From: Spizellomyces punctatus DAOM BR117
Lineage: Eukaryota
Direction: 5' to 3' (one strand)
Length of the DNA: 64,000 nt
NCBI GenBank assembly: GCA_000182565.2
Contig: KQ257459.1
The notes under the pieces were generated by a model. It was given only the letters and a program-made list of their open reading frames with translations. It was not told the DNA's origin and did not search any database. Both the position numbers and the translations under genes were made by a program. Below are positions 26,995-39,582 of this stretch, piece after piece (positions within the stretch are counted from its first letter, which is position 1; each line of letters begins with the position of its first letter).

Positions 26995-27496
26995 ATGGTC
27001 AAGGTAGTCACCACAGCCGACGAATTCAACCAGATCATCAAGGACAATGAAATTGTCATTGGTATGTTAATTCTCATGCATTCTGTCGGTCATTGTGCAC
27101 GTTCTAACAAGCTGGTCCCCCGCGCACCTGCACACTCTGTCCATTTGCATGCACTTTTATCTCTCAACAGTTGGTACGTAGCATGATTCAGATGTCGTCG
27201 CTATAACACTTGCTCTCGATCTAATTGCCTGTTAAAATTTGCCAGACTTTCACGCCACATGGTGCGGTCCTTGCAAGATGATCGCTCCCAAGTTTGAAGA
27301 ATTTTCCAAAAAGTACTCCAAGGCTGTTTTCATCAAGATTGATGTCGATGAAGTACCGGAAGTTGCCGAAAAGGCTGGTGTTTCTGCCATGCCTACCTTC
27401 CACATCTACAAGAATGGTCAAAAGGAGGCCGAGATTGTTGGTGCCAACCCTGCGAAGCTGGAGGGGGAGATTTCAAAGTACGCTCACGCTCAATAG
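26995..27496 (+). CDS. TRX: Thioredoxin, with probable 3-nt micro-exon
   Basis: DFHATWCGPCKMIAP, KIDVDE, SAMPTF; exons 26995-27061, 27171-27173 and 27246-27496. Confidence 0.95.
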
Positions 27497-28095
27497 ATGT
27501 GCTTGAGGGACGCTCTTGTTGTTGCTGGGAGGGATCAAGTGTGTATCCGTGCATTGTTTGTATATCTTCATAATTAGCACAGGTGCTGGTGCAAAATGGT
27601 TGTGTGCATGTTTCCATGACGGCGTAAAGCCGAGTACGCTGGTTGTGTTTCTTTAGTACTTTTAACGTCCCTGTCCCCGTTCAACACCTGGTCGCGTACG
27701 CTGTGTTGTAGATATGAAGCCATACTTTGCCAATGTAACGAGTTTGGGAGCTTGAATTTTGTGGTCATTATAAAGAACAAAAGGGATACTTGTATCCGAC
27801 ATCCAAGAGACTGTGGCTTGCTTAACAGAACGACAAATAACCAATACGAGATGGCCACTCTGAATGCCACTAAATGTCAAAGCGCGACGTGATCGAGCCA
27901 ATTGTAGCTAATTCAGATCCCTCAGCACTAGCGTTCGGGGTCGGGTACCCACCTACTGGTTAGAACGAAGGCTTTCAGAGATCGGGATATCGGGACGCCT
28001 GTAGCGTAATGCAGTATAAAAGGTTCATCTCACAGGACATTACCATCTTTTCGACATCTTCAATCAGGACAAACAAACTCTTCCATTCAACCACG

Positions 28096-28335
28096 ATGGT
28101 CAAACTCTTAGCAGTTATAGTCCTTGCGCTCACCGCTACAATCGCGAATGCCGCCAGTTGCGCCTGCGTAAACAAAAAGGATGATCTTGCAATTCTTAAA
28201 ACTCTCACCGAAGGCTGCTGTAAATCAATTCGTGAAAAGAACACTCCTGGCAAGATGGACGGATTCTACTGCTCAAATCCGCCCCCTTCGATGCAAAGCT
28301 GCTGCGAAATCTCCCAGGCGTTCAAATGTATCTGA
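28096..28335 (+). CDS. Small secreted cysteine-rich protein (79 aa, 8 Cys)
   Basis: Signal peptide MVKLLAVIVLALTATIANA; CxC..CC..C..CC..C spacing; TATAAAA near 28015. Confidence 0.75.
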   Translation: MVKLLAVIVLALTATIANAASCACVNKKDDLAILKTLTEGCCKSIREKNTPGKMDGFYCSNPPPSMQSCCEISQAFKCI

Positions 28336-28653
28336 TCATAGTAGACTTTCTTGTATATAAGTATCATATATTTGTAGCATTTTGTGATAAAAAGTGGAAA
28401 ACGAGGCTTGCTAAACACATGAGCTGGGGATTCTGTCCACTGCACAAGTGGTTCGAATGGTGCTAGTGGGGTCGGCAGACTAACTACTGGCCATATATGT
28501 AGAACTAGTGTAAACCCATGCATACAACGCTGACAGAATACCTGAAAAATACAGAAGATGCAGTTCATTATTATTTGTGTCCTATGGAAGTATAGTTGAA
28601 ATCGGACCAGTTGCTCAGCTTGTCCAGTGAATAGGTTGATAGGAGAGTCGCTT

Positions 28654-29025
28654 AGATCCCTCAGCACTAGCGTTCGGAATCGGGTTCCAACTTGTGTTTT
28701 ATGGGATCGGGATATCGGAGGGCGTAGCGTAAGCATTTTAAAAGGTTCAGCTCACAGGGCATTATCGTCTTTTCAGCATCTTCAATCGCACCAAACAATC
28801 TCTTTCATTCAACCACACTGGTCAAACTCCTAGCAGTTACAGTCTTTTGCGCTCGCCGCCAACAATCGCGATTACCGCCCATTGCCGCCTGTGGGGACAC
28901 GACCAAAATCAATGCTAAATTCACCATAAAATGCACTGCTCATCATGTCGGGAAAGATGTGCGCAAATGCGCCCCCTTTTATGCAGAGCTGTTGAGGATC
29001 CGACGGATTCAGATGCATTTTCTGA
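28654..29025 (+). pseudogene. Degenerate tandem copy of the small Cys-rich secreted gene and its promoter
   Basis: Colinear with about 27915-28335 (AGATCCCTCAGCACTAGCGTTCGG; TTCAACCAC..GGTCAAACTC.TAGCAGTTA). ATG replaced by CTG, indels and internal deletions. Confidence 0.8.
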
Positions 29026-29931
29026 TTGAAGTGCGTAAAGTTATCATTGAATTTTGCGAACCTCGAACTGATGAAGCATCACATGACATCTGCAAATCCA
29101 ATCGGTAAAAGTCATTGCAACTGGTTTGAAGTAGCATTTTTATTTAATAATAATGTATGTACTAATGCATTCTTATGGGAATCAATCCTGGAATGAAATC
29201 ATTCTGCCGCTGGGTTGAACCACTCAGAGTTCCGGTCATCTTCATAACCGATTTTCAGTGCATGGGTTGGGCATACGCAGTTCCTTTGGTAAATGAAAAC
29301 AGCGGTGTTTCGATTCCGCAAACGTTGCCGAACGGAGTGCGGCGATGGAAGTACGCCGTGTCGGACAATCGAAGGAACGACCGTGATACGCAACATTTAG
29401 CGTACGACTATGGCCGTGATTTTTTGCCGAAATGCCTTGTTGGAAGAAGCCCTCAAGACAAACTCAACCCTCGCACTTGCTCAATGCATTTTTTGGGTGC
29501 GTTTTTCCCTTGCCAATTTTTTTAAGCAATGTAAGCAGGGGTTTTCGTTCTGTATGACGTAGACAAGCTGCATACTTTAGTCAATAAAGTAAGTAGACTG
29601 TAAATACGTCAGTGACAAGCTTGCACAAGGTTGCGATTTCCTTCTTTTTGCCGTCGCTTGTATGCAAATATGGCGGTTTTTTTCTGTGATATGTCATTTT
29701 AATGTGCGTGAGTGGTGGAAGGACGGTACTGGAACGGCCACTTTTTAAATTTTTTTGCCTATAACTTCTGTGTATCTTCCGTGGGCTATGATGACTGCAT
29801 ATGCAAGACTTTTTAATGTCCGCAAAGAATTTCGGTGAGCAGGTTGACGATGGTTATAAAATGGCATCGACCCAAGAGATCCCTCACCCCCCAGCAAAGG
29901 CAACAATTCCTAACTGCAACAGCAACCAAAA

Positions 29932-30693
29932 ATGCATTTCACAACCATCCTCATACCTGCCTTCACTCTCCTCACCGCCGTCCAAGGCGCCAGCGTACCC
30001 GCGTGGCATCCCCCGGCTCCAACAGACGTCCGCTCACCCTGCCCGGCTCTTAATGCCCTTGCCAATCACGGAATTTTGCCCCGCTCCGGCAAGGATATCA
30101 CACCAAAGCAATACATCGACGCAATGAGCCAAATTGGCGTTGCGGTCGATCTTGGAGCCTCGTTGGCCTACGCGTCTCCTTTCCTCGTTCCAAGTCGTAA
30201 AAACGCCCAAGGCGAGACTGTCTTTGGACTGGATGACCTGAGGAAACATGGTGGAATCGAACACGATGCCAGTCTTACGCGCAATGATTTCAACACCTCT
30301 CCCAATCACGACAACTTTTCCTTCAACCAAACCTTGTATGATCAACTCATTTCCTTGAAAAATCCCACTACCGGCCGACTTGACACGGACTCCCTAGCCA
30401 AGGCTCGGTTCTTGCGCCAATCCGAGTCGAAAGCCACCAACCCCGCTCCAGTCTTTGACGTCAAGCAAGATCTCCTCGCTCACGGTGAAGCCGCATTGTT
30501 GCTTACGGTCTTTGGAAACCAGTTCGATAGCCAGGTACCTGTAAATGTGGCCGAATCGATCCTGGCAAAGGAGAAATTGCCCTTTGAAGAGGGGTGGGTT
30601 CCCGCCAAGCTGCCAGTTGGAATTCTCAAAGTTACGGCAGTTTCGCAGGTGATTAAGAGTAAGGAGGGTGCCTTGGCCAAAGGTGGTCAGTAA
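29932..30693 (+). CDS. Secreted heme-thiolate peroxidase / short unspecific peroxygenase
   Basis: Signal peptide; DVRSPCPALNALANHG (proximal Cys PCP motif); IEHDASLTRND. Confidence 0.93.
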   Translation: MHFTTILIPAFTLLTAVQGASVPAWHPPAPTDVRSPCPALNALANHGILPRSGKDITPKQYIDAMSQIGVAVDLGASLAYASPFLVPSRKNAQGETVFGLDDLRKHGGIEHDASLTRNDFNTSPNHDNFSFNQTLYDQLISLKNPTTGRLDTDSLAKARFLRQSESKATNPAPVFDVKQDLLAHGEAALLLTVFGNQFDSQVPVNVAESILAKEKLPFEEGWVPAKLPVGILKVTAVSQVIKSKEGALAKGGQ

Positions 30694-31040
30694 TTTTCTT
30701 GCTGCACGGAATGTTGAGTATCCGTAGCAGACTTTTAGTTTGGAATATTATTTTCTTTTGTATTCATTTTCTATGATAGAAACTATAATGTACTAGAGCC
30801 TCGATAAAATAAGTAATAGATCTTCCTTTATGAGATACCATGAAAACGATGCAAACCGTTCAGTTGCTGAAGGCTTCTGTTTTTTTACCGTAAAAATCAA
30901 ATTGCATCCAAGACAAGAGGATGCGAACGAGCGCAAAAAATACATTTACACGAAACAAGAAAACTAGGAGATCTTTCACGCCAGAGCCAAAGGTTCCTAC
31001 CGCCTTTCACATCAGACTTTAGGGAATAGTTCACAAACAC

Positions 31041-31789
31041 TTAGAAAGAGACAATTTCTACTAGCCCCAGCAAGCTCCGATAGGGCATCATGATGCCCAA
31101 AACAAGGCACAGGCATGTGAAGACTACAACATCCAGTGGGGTCACTCGGACGGTGTCCTGTTTGGTGAGCGATTGTGATGGATGTTGCGGCGAGGCAATT
31201 GTAGGGGAAGATGCCGTGGTGGTGGAGGGTGAGGGGTGTTTGATTTGTATAGGATCGGAGACACGTTTGCAGTCGATAAAGGTCTCAACTAACCGTCGGC
31301 GGTCCAGGGTTCGCCACTGACCACAATCAGGATGAGTATAGGTAGGCGTGGAGGTCCCAGAGAATATGTTGTGCTTTACCTTTGCTGCATCCAATCCTTT
31401 GGTCTCCTCATCGGACAAATGTACTGTTTGTAAAAGAAACCGATCATTGAGCTGGATCTCCGATTCACTCCTCACTGACAACAGGAATTGACACACATTC
31501 GATAAACATCAGAATCTGCATGAATTTTTATATGACAACAAGTACCTCAAAACTTACCCAAAACATCGACAGATCCTCCACCGACCAAGACGCCCAAAAC
31601 TGGCTTCACCGAGTACCGCGCCGGTGCATTCGTCTTGAGTTTATATCCAATGGCACGTTTACCAGGATTTTGAATAGTGACCTTGGCGATGAAGCCAATG
31701 TTTGACCTGGTGGGCGTAAAGAAGAGATCGGTCGGTATAAGATTTAGCTGTGGTTTGGGAGGATCTGATAGTTGGTTGCGGAAGGACAT
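31041..31789 (-). CDS. MSP-domain tail-anchored protein (VAP/Scs2-like), 2 exons
   Basis: IGYKLKTNAPARYSVKP, DRFLLQ, C-terminal TM VVVFTCLCLVLGIMM. Confidence 0.82.
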
Positions 31790-33106
31790 GACGGGTTGTT
31801 TCTCCGAGGGGGCGATGAGATTGCGTTCGTTTTGCAACAGTTGCGAGTCGTTCTGGGCGATGCCAAGGTATGATGCGGCCGGGAGTCAACTCGTCTTGGG
31901 CGGGAACGAGAGTCGGCACCCGTGTACAGCTTTTTTATCACAGTTCAATCCAAACAGATAAATGCGCGGCGAGGGACAAGATCCTCCCCAACGCAGAGTA
32001 TATATATCTAGCAAAATAAGAAAAAAAAAAGGAATGCCCCAATCATCCGCCAAGCAACCCACAAATCACGCAGGCCAATCTCCTTGCACCGTGATATAAA
32101 TTCTGCTTATATCTCCGGGGGCACGTTCATATTGTTAATTAGCGCCTGGCTATGGATTTGGAACGTCACATTTCGCTTTGTAGCAACACGTGGAGGAGGA
32201 GGGGGTCAAAAATAGGAACTTGTAAAGACCAAGTGAGCGACAACGTGTTCTGTGCTATTGGAAGGGTCACGTATCTCTTTTTGTTGAAAAACATGTGGGG
32301 ACAGAAGCAATAATGACTGGATCTCTTTTCTTTTTTTTTTTTTGGCAGTGTTTCAGAGTACAAAGGATTTTGTATTTTAAAAAGCATGTCTGTTGATGAT
32401 CCATTGGCAGAGTGTGTCCATGGCAGGGCACTTGGGCGGTGGGCTGGATATCATCATTTCTTTTGAAATTTCTGGACAAGGGGCCCTGAAAGAAAAAGAA
32501 AAAAAGAGGTCGGGAAGTATGCCATTGCTAGCTCAGGGTTTTGTAAGTGCAGGCCGCCCATAGCGCTGCTTCTCATATCCTTGGGAAATCAGGTATGATT
32601 CAGACTGAATCGCATGGCAAAATAATACTAGTACAAATACGGTGAAAACCTCGATACGAGTTGCAAGCACGGCCCTCTGGCCCACGTCCTGCCCGAAAAA
32701 GAGTTGACGATATTGCATATTACGGACGACAAACTTCAATCGAAATGCAGTAGCAGTATAACATACATTGGGGAGCGGTATAACACATGGATGATGCTAC
32801 ATCGGAAGTTTTCTGACGAGCAACTTTGGAAAAATTAATGCATTAGGATAAACTATTTCCAAAAATACACGTTCAGCTTACAACCAAAGGCTATTTTAAG
32901 CAAGCATAACTCATACTTTGATGATAGAGCTCAGCACTGAAATGAACCGTCATGAATAGAGGAAAGGGTGAGGAATTGGGGCACAATATGAGGGTTAAGT
33001 TTCTGGAAAAGACTCATGTGGCGACTTGCACTTGTAAACTCGTGAGATATATATTCACTCCCCCAGGTTGCCTTCCACAGTTACCGTTTTGCAAACTGTA
33101 TCAGAC

Positions 33107-33759
33107 ATGGCCAGCCGTCGAGACAGAAGCATCTCCTTTGGTGGGGAACTCTCCCGCCCAAAGCTCGACTCAATTCTTCCTGCTTCTGGGAAGCTTGCTC
33201 ATCAACCAGAAGAAGAACAGGAGGGGTTGAAACGATTCCGAGGGCTTGAAGACCTATTTGCGCACCGTCCTCAAAAGGACGAGCTTATTAATAGAAATAT
33301 CTTGAGACCGGATAATGTGTCGGGAGTCATTCAAGGCGTGCAGGAGCAGTTGAAAAAGCAGATCATTGAGGTAGGACCGTGTCAATGAGATTTCCAGATG
33401 CTGCCTAGCTTTATTTATAACCTTGGGTGTCTCCTTTAAATGTAGGATCACTTGAAAGATAAACTGGTTGCCCGACCAGTTCCTGAAAAACTCATCGAGC
33501 AAAATATTATGAAAGACTCTACGGTTGCTCCTGCATTGCAGGCACCGCAGCAGGATCTCATCAAGAGTCAGCTGCAAGACAGTCTTGGGAGTTCGCTTTC
33601 CAAGGTAACATTTTTGACACATCTTTTGTTCCATTTTTTTTTTTTTTTCAGAAAATGCTGCAGAGGGCGGTATACTGACTTCCAATGTTTTCTCCTCTTT
33701 CTTTCCAGCGACCCAGCGAGAAAGATCTTTCTAAGATCCTTCACCCAACTCAAGCCTAA
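33107..33759 (+). CDS. RPEL-repeat protein (G-actin binding), 3 exons
   Basis: HRPQKDELINRNIL, ARPVPEKLIEQNIM, KRPSEKDL; introns near 33371-33445 and 33605-33708. Confidence 0.85.
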
Positions 33760-34090
33760 AATCATGCTACCCGTTTGCTTTGCTTTTGGACTGTAGTGTT
33801 GAGGTATAGGAATTCATAGAATGACAGTATAGCATTAGCAAATTGTTTGGCGTTAATATCAATAAATTAGTTTTATGGCAGAAACTGGCGATTGAGAAAC
33901 TTCCTGCGGCTATTCTTAGCGCTAGGACGATCATTCCTGCCCCTGCCGTCGTATATATTTACAGTGTTAAAGGAAAGCTCAGAGCGCGATGTATTGCACT
34001 TCATCAAGATGATAAGATAGACACGAACAATCTTAGAACAAGCAACATTATTCAGCGCCTGGGGCGCATGTAACGATTACTATTTTATCC

Positions 34091-37000
34091 TTAATCAGTC
34101 CGCTTTCCATCATTCTTTTCGACCTTCCCTACCGCCTCTTCCATGGTTTGCTCCACATTCTCCTCCAATCCTTGCATAAATTCCTCAAACCCTTCCAACG
34201 AAGCGCCCGTCTGTGTCGCCATCTCCTTCTTGGTTGCAGCGTCCAAAACTCTCTGGCTGGCTCTAACCCAAGCAGCTGGCCCAAACCGACTCTTGTTTGC
34301 GCTCCAAAATACGTCCCAGTATGCGTCTCGCAGTAAAAACAAGAATTGGAGGAATCGCATTACGAGCCAGATGATAAAGAGTGCCAAGAGACCATTTGCA
34401 GGGGACACATTTTCGGTTCGTGCTTCCTCCGCGATAACATCTCCAAGGTTTGCCTGACATACTCCATCCTTCTCTAGCAAGCACTCTCCAAGACCCACAG
34501 CATTGGTCCGAATCAGAGCTGACAGAGCCCAATAGGTGGGATTCAAATATTGAAACCAAGCAATCACATCATAGACGCTCGTGTCCCCCTTCTTGATCCA
34601 TATCCCACTGGCAATGGCCAATACCGCCTGCGAAAAGAAGGCAATACTCCGCGCTTCAGGTCTTCCCAGTCTGGTGCAATAAACAAGTGTGAATAGCGTT
34701 GTTGTGCAGTTGTAATAGACGACAAAGAGTGTCATGGCTGTCCCAATTCGGAGGGAATCTGGATTGCACCCCAGTAAGAAGTATGCAGATATGACGGCGA
34801 GGAAACCTTCGACAGTTGCCATAGCAGTTTCGTAAATTAGACGATGGAGAAAGAAGGAAAGGGGATCGACGGTGCCATTTTGAGAGTCGTAGTTGTAGAT
34901 ATCCCGGTCTTCATAGTAGTCGAAGGAGATGTGAATGTTTTTCAAGGCAGGGAGACCCACGCAGGCTGTAAAATAAAAGTCAGAATCAAAGGACATCTGA
35001 GTAAAGAATGCACAAGAGAAAGCGTACCCAAAGCCAACCCTTTGGTCTGTAGGACAATCGACAAAGCATCATCGCCAGGCCGTCTCTGCAATAAAGCCAA
35101 TATCCATACTCCACATCCAGATATAATCGTCATATTCAATTTACGCGGCACCGGCTTTGTCAACCACCACCTGGAAGTAAGAATCAGCATCTGCTTAAAT
35201 GCGCCCGGTCGGTGCGGGTCCCGCCGTTTCTTCCAGGTTTTTCCTGTAGATATTTGAACTGCCTCCACGGAGAGAGACGGTGCTATTGTAGTTGTCGGGA
35301 TTATAGTGTGCACAGTTTTGGTTAGGCGGGCTGTTCCACTCTCGAGTCTGTCCATAGAGTCTGGGCGACGGAGGGGGATTAACGAGCCTGACCCGAGTTC
35401 GGTTGTAAAAAAAGCACTCGTGCCTTGACCTCTCTCGCCAAGCACTGCATCTGGGCCCGTAGCAATGCCCGTCCCTGCGTCAGCATCAACAGGATCATCT
35501 ATATGTGCCTCCACATCACCAGCACCGTCCAAGTTCCACTGCGCACAAGCCCATGCAGCGTCACGGAGTGCAATCGCGCCTGCAACATCTAGAATCAAAT
35601 CTGCCGGATTGGTCACTGCATCTTCCTTTTCATCTTCCTCTGCCGTACGAAGACATCCTGATGAAGTATTGCGCGTAGCGAGTGCGTTTCGCAACTTGGT
35701 AAAGTGGGCAACGGACTCGTTTGGCGATCCGGAAAAGAGAAGACGACCGTATGTGAGGACGGTGACTTGAGAGAAAAGTTGGAACATCTCGGTACGGGGT
35801 TGGTGGATAGAGCAGATTACTGTGTAGCCTTGTAAAGCAAGTTGCGAGAGGGCATTGCCGACGTCAAGGGACGATTTCGCATCTGAATTAACCAACATTA
35901 GTCAAACAAAGCCCTTCACTGACACCAATGAAAGATCGCCCACCTAATCCTGAGGTAGGCTCATCTAAAAACAAGATACTGGGCCTCCTCAACAAAGCCA
36001 CAGCTATTGACAGCCTCCTCATCTGGCCTCCGGATATACCTCCCTTATTACTTTCTGGACGCTGAATCAAGACATCAGCGCAGGGCGCAAGATTCAAAAG
36101 ATCGAGGAGGCGATTGATGCGACGGACTCTATCCTGGTGCGTTTTTGTTGTTGGTAACTAAGCAGCGGCAATATAGAGCTTCAGTCAAGGAACATCTCGA
36201 TATGATGGAGAAGTCGCTGGAATACCTCTAGCATCGCATTGAACATCATCACTTCACGAACAGTTAAACCGTAGTACGGTGCATCGTGTTGTGCAACAAA
36301 TCCTGTCATTGAACGGAAAGTGGTTGCGTTGAACTCCGCAAGAGGTTTTCCGGCCAGATATATTTTGTCCTGAGTCGTGGTTGCCATTAAACGGCGGTTC
36401 AACTGTTACAAAAGTCAAGCATTAACATGCGAATCTGGTAACAGGAAAGGCGACGTGTTCACGTCACACACCAAAGAAAGCAGCGTCGTCTTTCCCGCAC
36501 CACTAGGGCCCATGATAGCAGTCACAGTCCCAGGTTCACATTTGAAAGAAACCGAATCCAACAAACGTTTTCCTTCGGGCACATCTCCAGCGCGGTAAGT
36601 CAAATTCCTACACTCCAAGACGACAGGTTTAGGTCTCTCCTCTTGGCTCATAGTCTTATATTTTGACATGGCCTCCGCATTTCCCAATTGCATCGCCTTG
36701 CTCATCTCTGTTTCACTTTTGTATACCGCAGCGAAAATGCCGTACAATCGTTGTCGTAGTATTAAACCACCAAGAAGGAGACCAAGTTCCCAAAGCACTA
36801 TGCAACCAATTAAACCAAGGGCGACAGAGAGCTCCGCCGCACTCAGTGCCGAAGCCTGAGCTTTCGCCTCGGTTATGCCAGTCATGGAATAGATGGGAGC
36901 ATACTCGTATCCTTGGGTGTCCCAGAAATCGCAATAGGAGGAAAGGGGATGACTGGCCTCCGATAATGGAGTATAATTGCCTGAGGTTTGGGTGGAGGGG

Positions 37001-38736
37001 TTTGGAAATCGGAGGATGGGGAAGGCTGTGGTGTTACTGGTTGATTGGAGCCAGATGGGGAGATCAGACGTTGTATTCGTGCCGGTAATAAAGACCCGAA
37101 TGTAATCTCGAAGGGCAGTTGTCACTTGTTTGGAAGGGGCTTTGTGAAGAAGAAAATGGCACTGCTTCAGAACCATAAGATGCCGTAGCAACAAACCTAC
37201 AGCAAACGTACCATCGTCTGGCATTTTCATCACAAACGACAAATCCGTCGTATGACAGGCCATATCTTTACAGATGTTGCCCAGTGCATCCTCCGGTCCA
37301 CCCAACCAAGGCGCCTCAAAGACGTACGACCAAACCTCCGCTGCACTTGACCGCACTGACTGCCTCTGGGGACATAAAAACACCCAATCGGTCGTCATTC
37401 GAGTTAGAATCGGTTTCCTGTTGGCAAGGAAGTCTTCAGAATCTCCACCGTACATATGTTGACATTCGCCATCATTGGGTGCATAAAGGGCATTTCTGGA
37501 TACGTAGGCGGCATAATTTTGATGAGTTTTATGGTTGTGATAAACCACACGAACCCGGTCAGGCTTACACAATGACGTTAAAGAGAGGTGTACTGAGGTC
37601 ACCGGAAAGGCCCTGCTCGAGGAATAGGTATGTTTCGTTGGATACCCCTCCAATCTACAGATGATGGGGTGAGATTGAGACACCCATGATCTAAAACAGA
37701 TATGGACTTTGGCCATGCATCATTTACTTACGATGGCCTTAACTCCAATCATATGCACCTCTTGGCTCAATATCTCAAATGGATTCGCTATAACGTCTAC
37801 ACCATCTATAATGGGTGGCATCGTCTTGAACGCGATGTCCGACATTCTCTTCTCTTCCTCCTGCACATGCCCATCCTTTGCGTTCAAAACCTCGCGCATC
37901 GAAGCCTCCTGCAAGCACGTTCGATTGGCACAGCCAAGCCGGCCAGCAACCTTCTGTGCATCTATTTGAGCTTGTCTTGTTGATGACAAGGCCAGAGCTG
38001 GTGGACTCATTAGAATCATCTTGGAGGCGAAATGTCGAGTAGAAGGGTGCGATCGGTGAATGAGAATAGATTGCGCTCCGGCGGATTGACCCATAAGTGT
38101 CAAATCGCTTGAATTACCACCAAATGCTGCAATATTGATGGATACCCATTGGAGAGCAAGCCGTTGATCCAGAATGCCAAAGTTTCTCGGATAAGTCGAT
38201 GGAAGCGTAGGATCTACACCAGTCATATCAAAGAACCCAAAAACTCCCAGCCGGTAGTTGAACGATACAACGATAACATTTAAAGCTTTAGCAAGTTCGG
38301 AGGCATCATAAACGCCCATTCCGGCACCTCCAATCTCAAATGATCCGCCATGAAAGAACACAAGCACAGGCAAACCGCCCACCGCAAACTGGGATGGATC
38401 ATCTATCGGAGTGAACACATTCATAAACAGACAGTCCTCAGAGATACGATCAGGACACAGAACCGTTTGACAAATCTGTGGGCAACTTTCTCGTAGGTTG
38501 AAGGCATCGATCGTTGTTGCATTGTTGAGGAGAACGGCTGGTTCCCATCTCTGGGCGACAGCAAAGCGAATTCCGAGAAAGTCGAACGTGCCTTGTTGAT
38601 TTGCTCTGCCCCGGATTGCGGTACCGGATGGGATGGTAATTGTAGTCGTCGTTCCATATGTCGCTGCAAAACAATTGGCCATCAGGATCAGCCAGATTGC
38701 CATTCGAAGACATTTAGACCGTAGTTTGATGACCAT
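34091..38736 (-). CDS. Type-B carboxylesterase fused to an ABCG (White-family) half-transporter, multi-exon
   Basis: Esterase part: signal peptide, [44 protein letters not shown]. Then a TM helix, [34 protein letters not shown] and a C-terminal TMD. Confidence 0.85.
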
Positions 38737-39582
38737 CGTCCTGTCGTCCCATACACAATGATTGAAGATTGTTTCTGTACTGATGCAATTGACAGGATAC
38801 TTCAAGCAAATCTGCAGTAACTTCGGTTTACCCTCTCATGCCGTGGTCGCTTCCTGAATCCCGCTGGACCGGTTCCTCGCCCGAAACCATCCATATCGGA
38901 CACCCTCACCATTTCCAAAGTAATTTTCGTTACCGCTGAATAACAGACTCCGGTCATTCATGCCTGAAGCGTCAAAGGATCTGCTGTCACAGGCGCACCG
39001 TTTCCCCCTTATTTCCTGCTAGTAACAAAGCCTGGTCAAAGTGGATTCGAGTCATACGGTACTGTAGTCTCGCCGCATGTATAATATCAGAAATGCGATG
39101 CTTTGATACAGATGCGGCTGGATGATTTTTCAGGGTCAAAAGTGATATTATCACGTCGTGTTTCCAACTAACGTTAATTTCGATGGCACCGTGCAAATGT
39201 GGTCATTTCAAGGACGGTGCTGCCACATTGACTGTTATGACTGGATTTAAAATGATTGAAAATATGGATGACTTTCTGATTGTTCCCGATCTGCGAGTGT
39301 TTAAGTTACTAGTGATCGGTCGATAGTGGTAGGGATCAATTTGGGATGCCATCCGGTCTTCGCCAATTTGCTATATGATTACCAACAGATTACAGAGAGA
39401 TATGATTGAACGAGATACTTCCAGTGGAACTACCATCCCGTGGCCATATTTATAATACCCTGTAGTATATTATCAGAAATCAAACATCCTATGTCCTTTC
39501 GGCTATGTACAATCCACAAGCATCACCCTGTTTATCACAGACCTCTCCACCCAACGACTTCCAAGCGAGCAAACTAACACCA

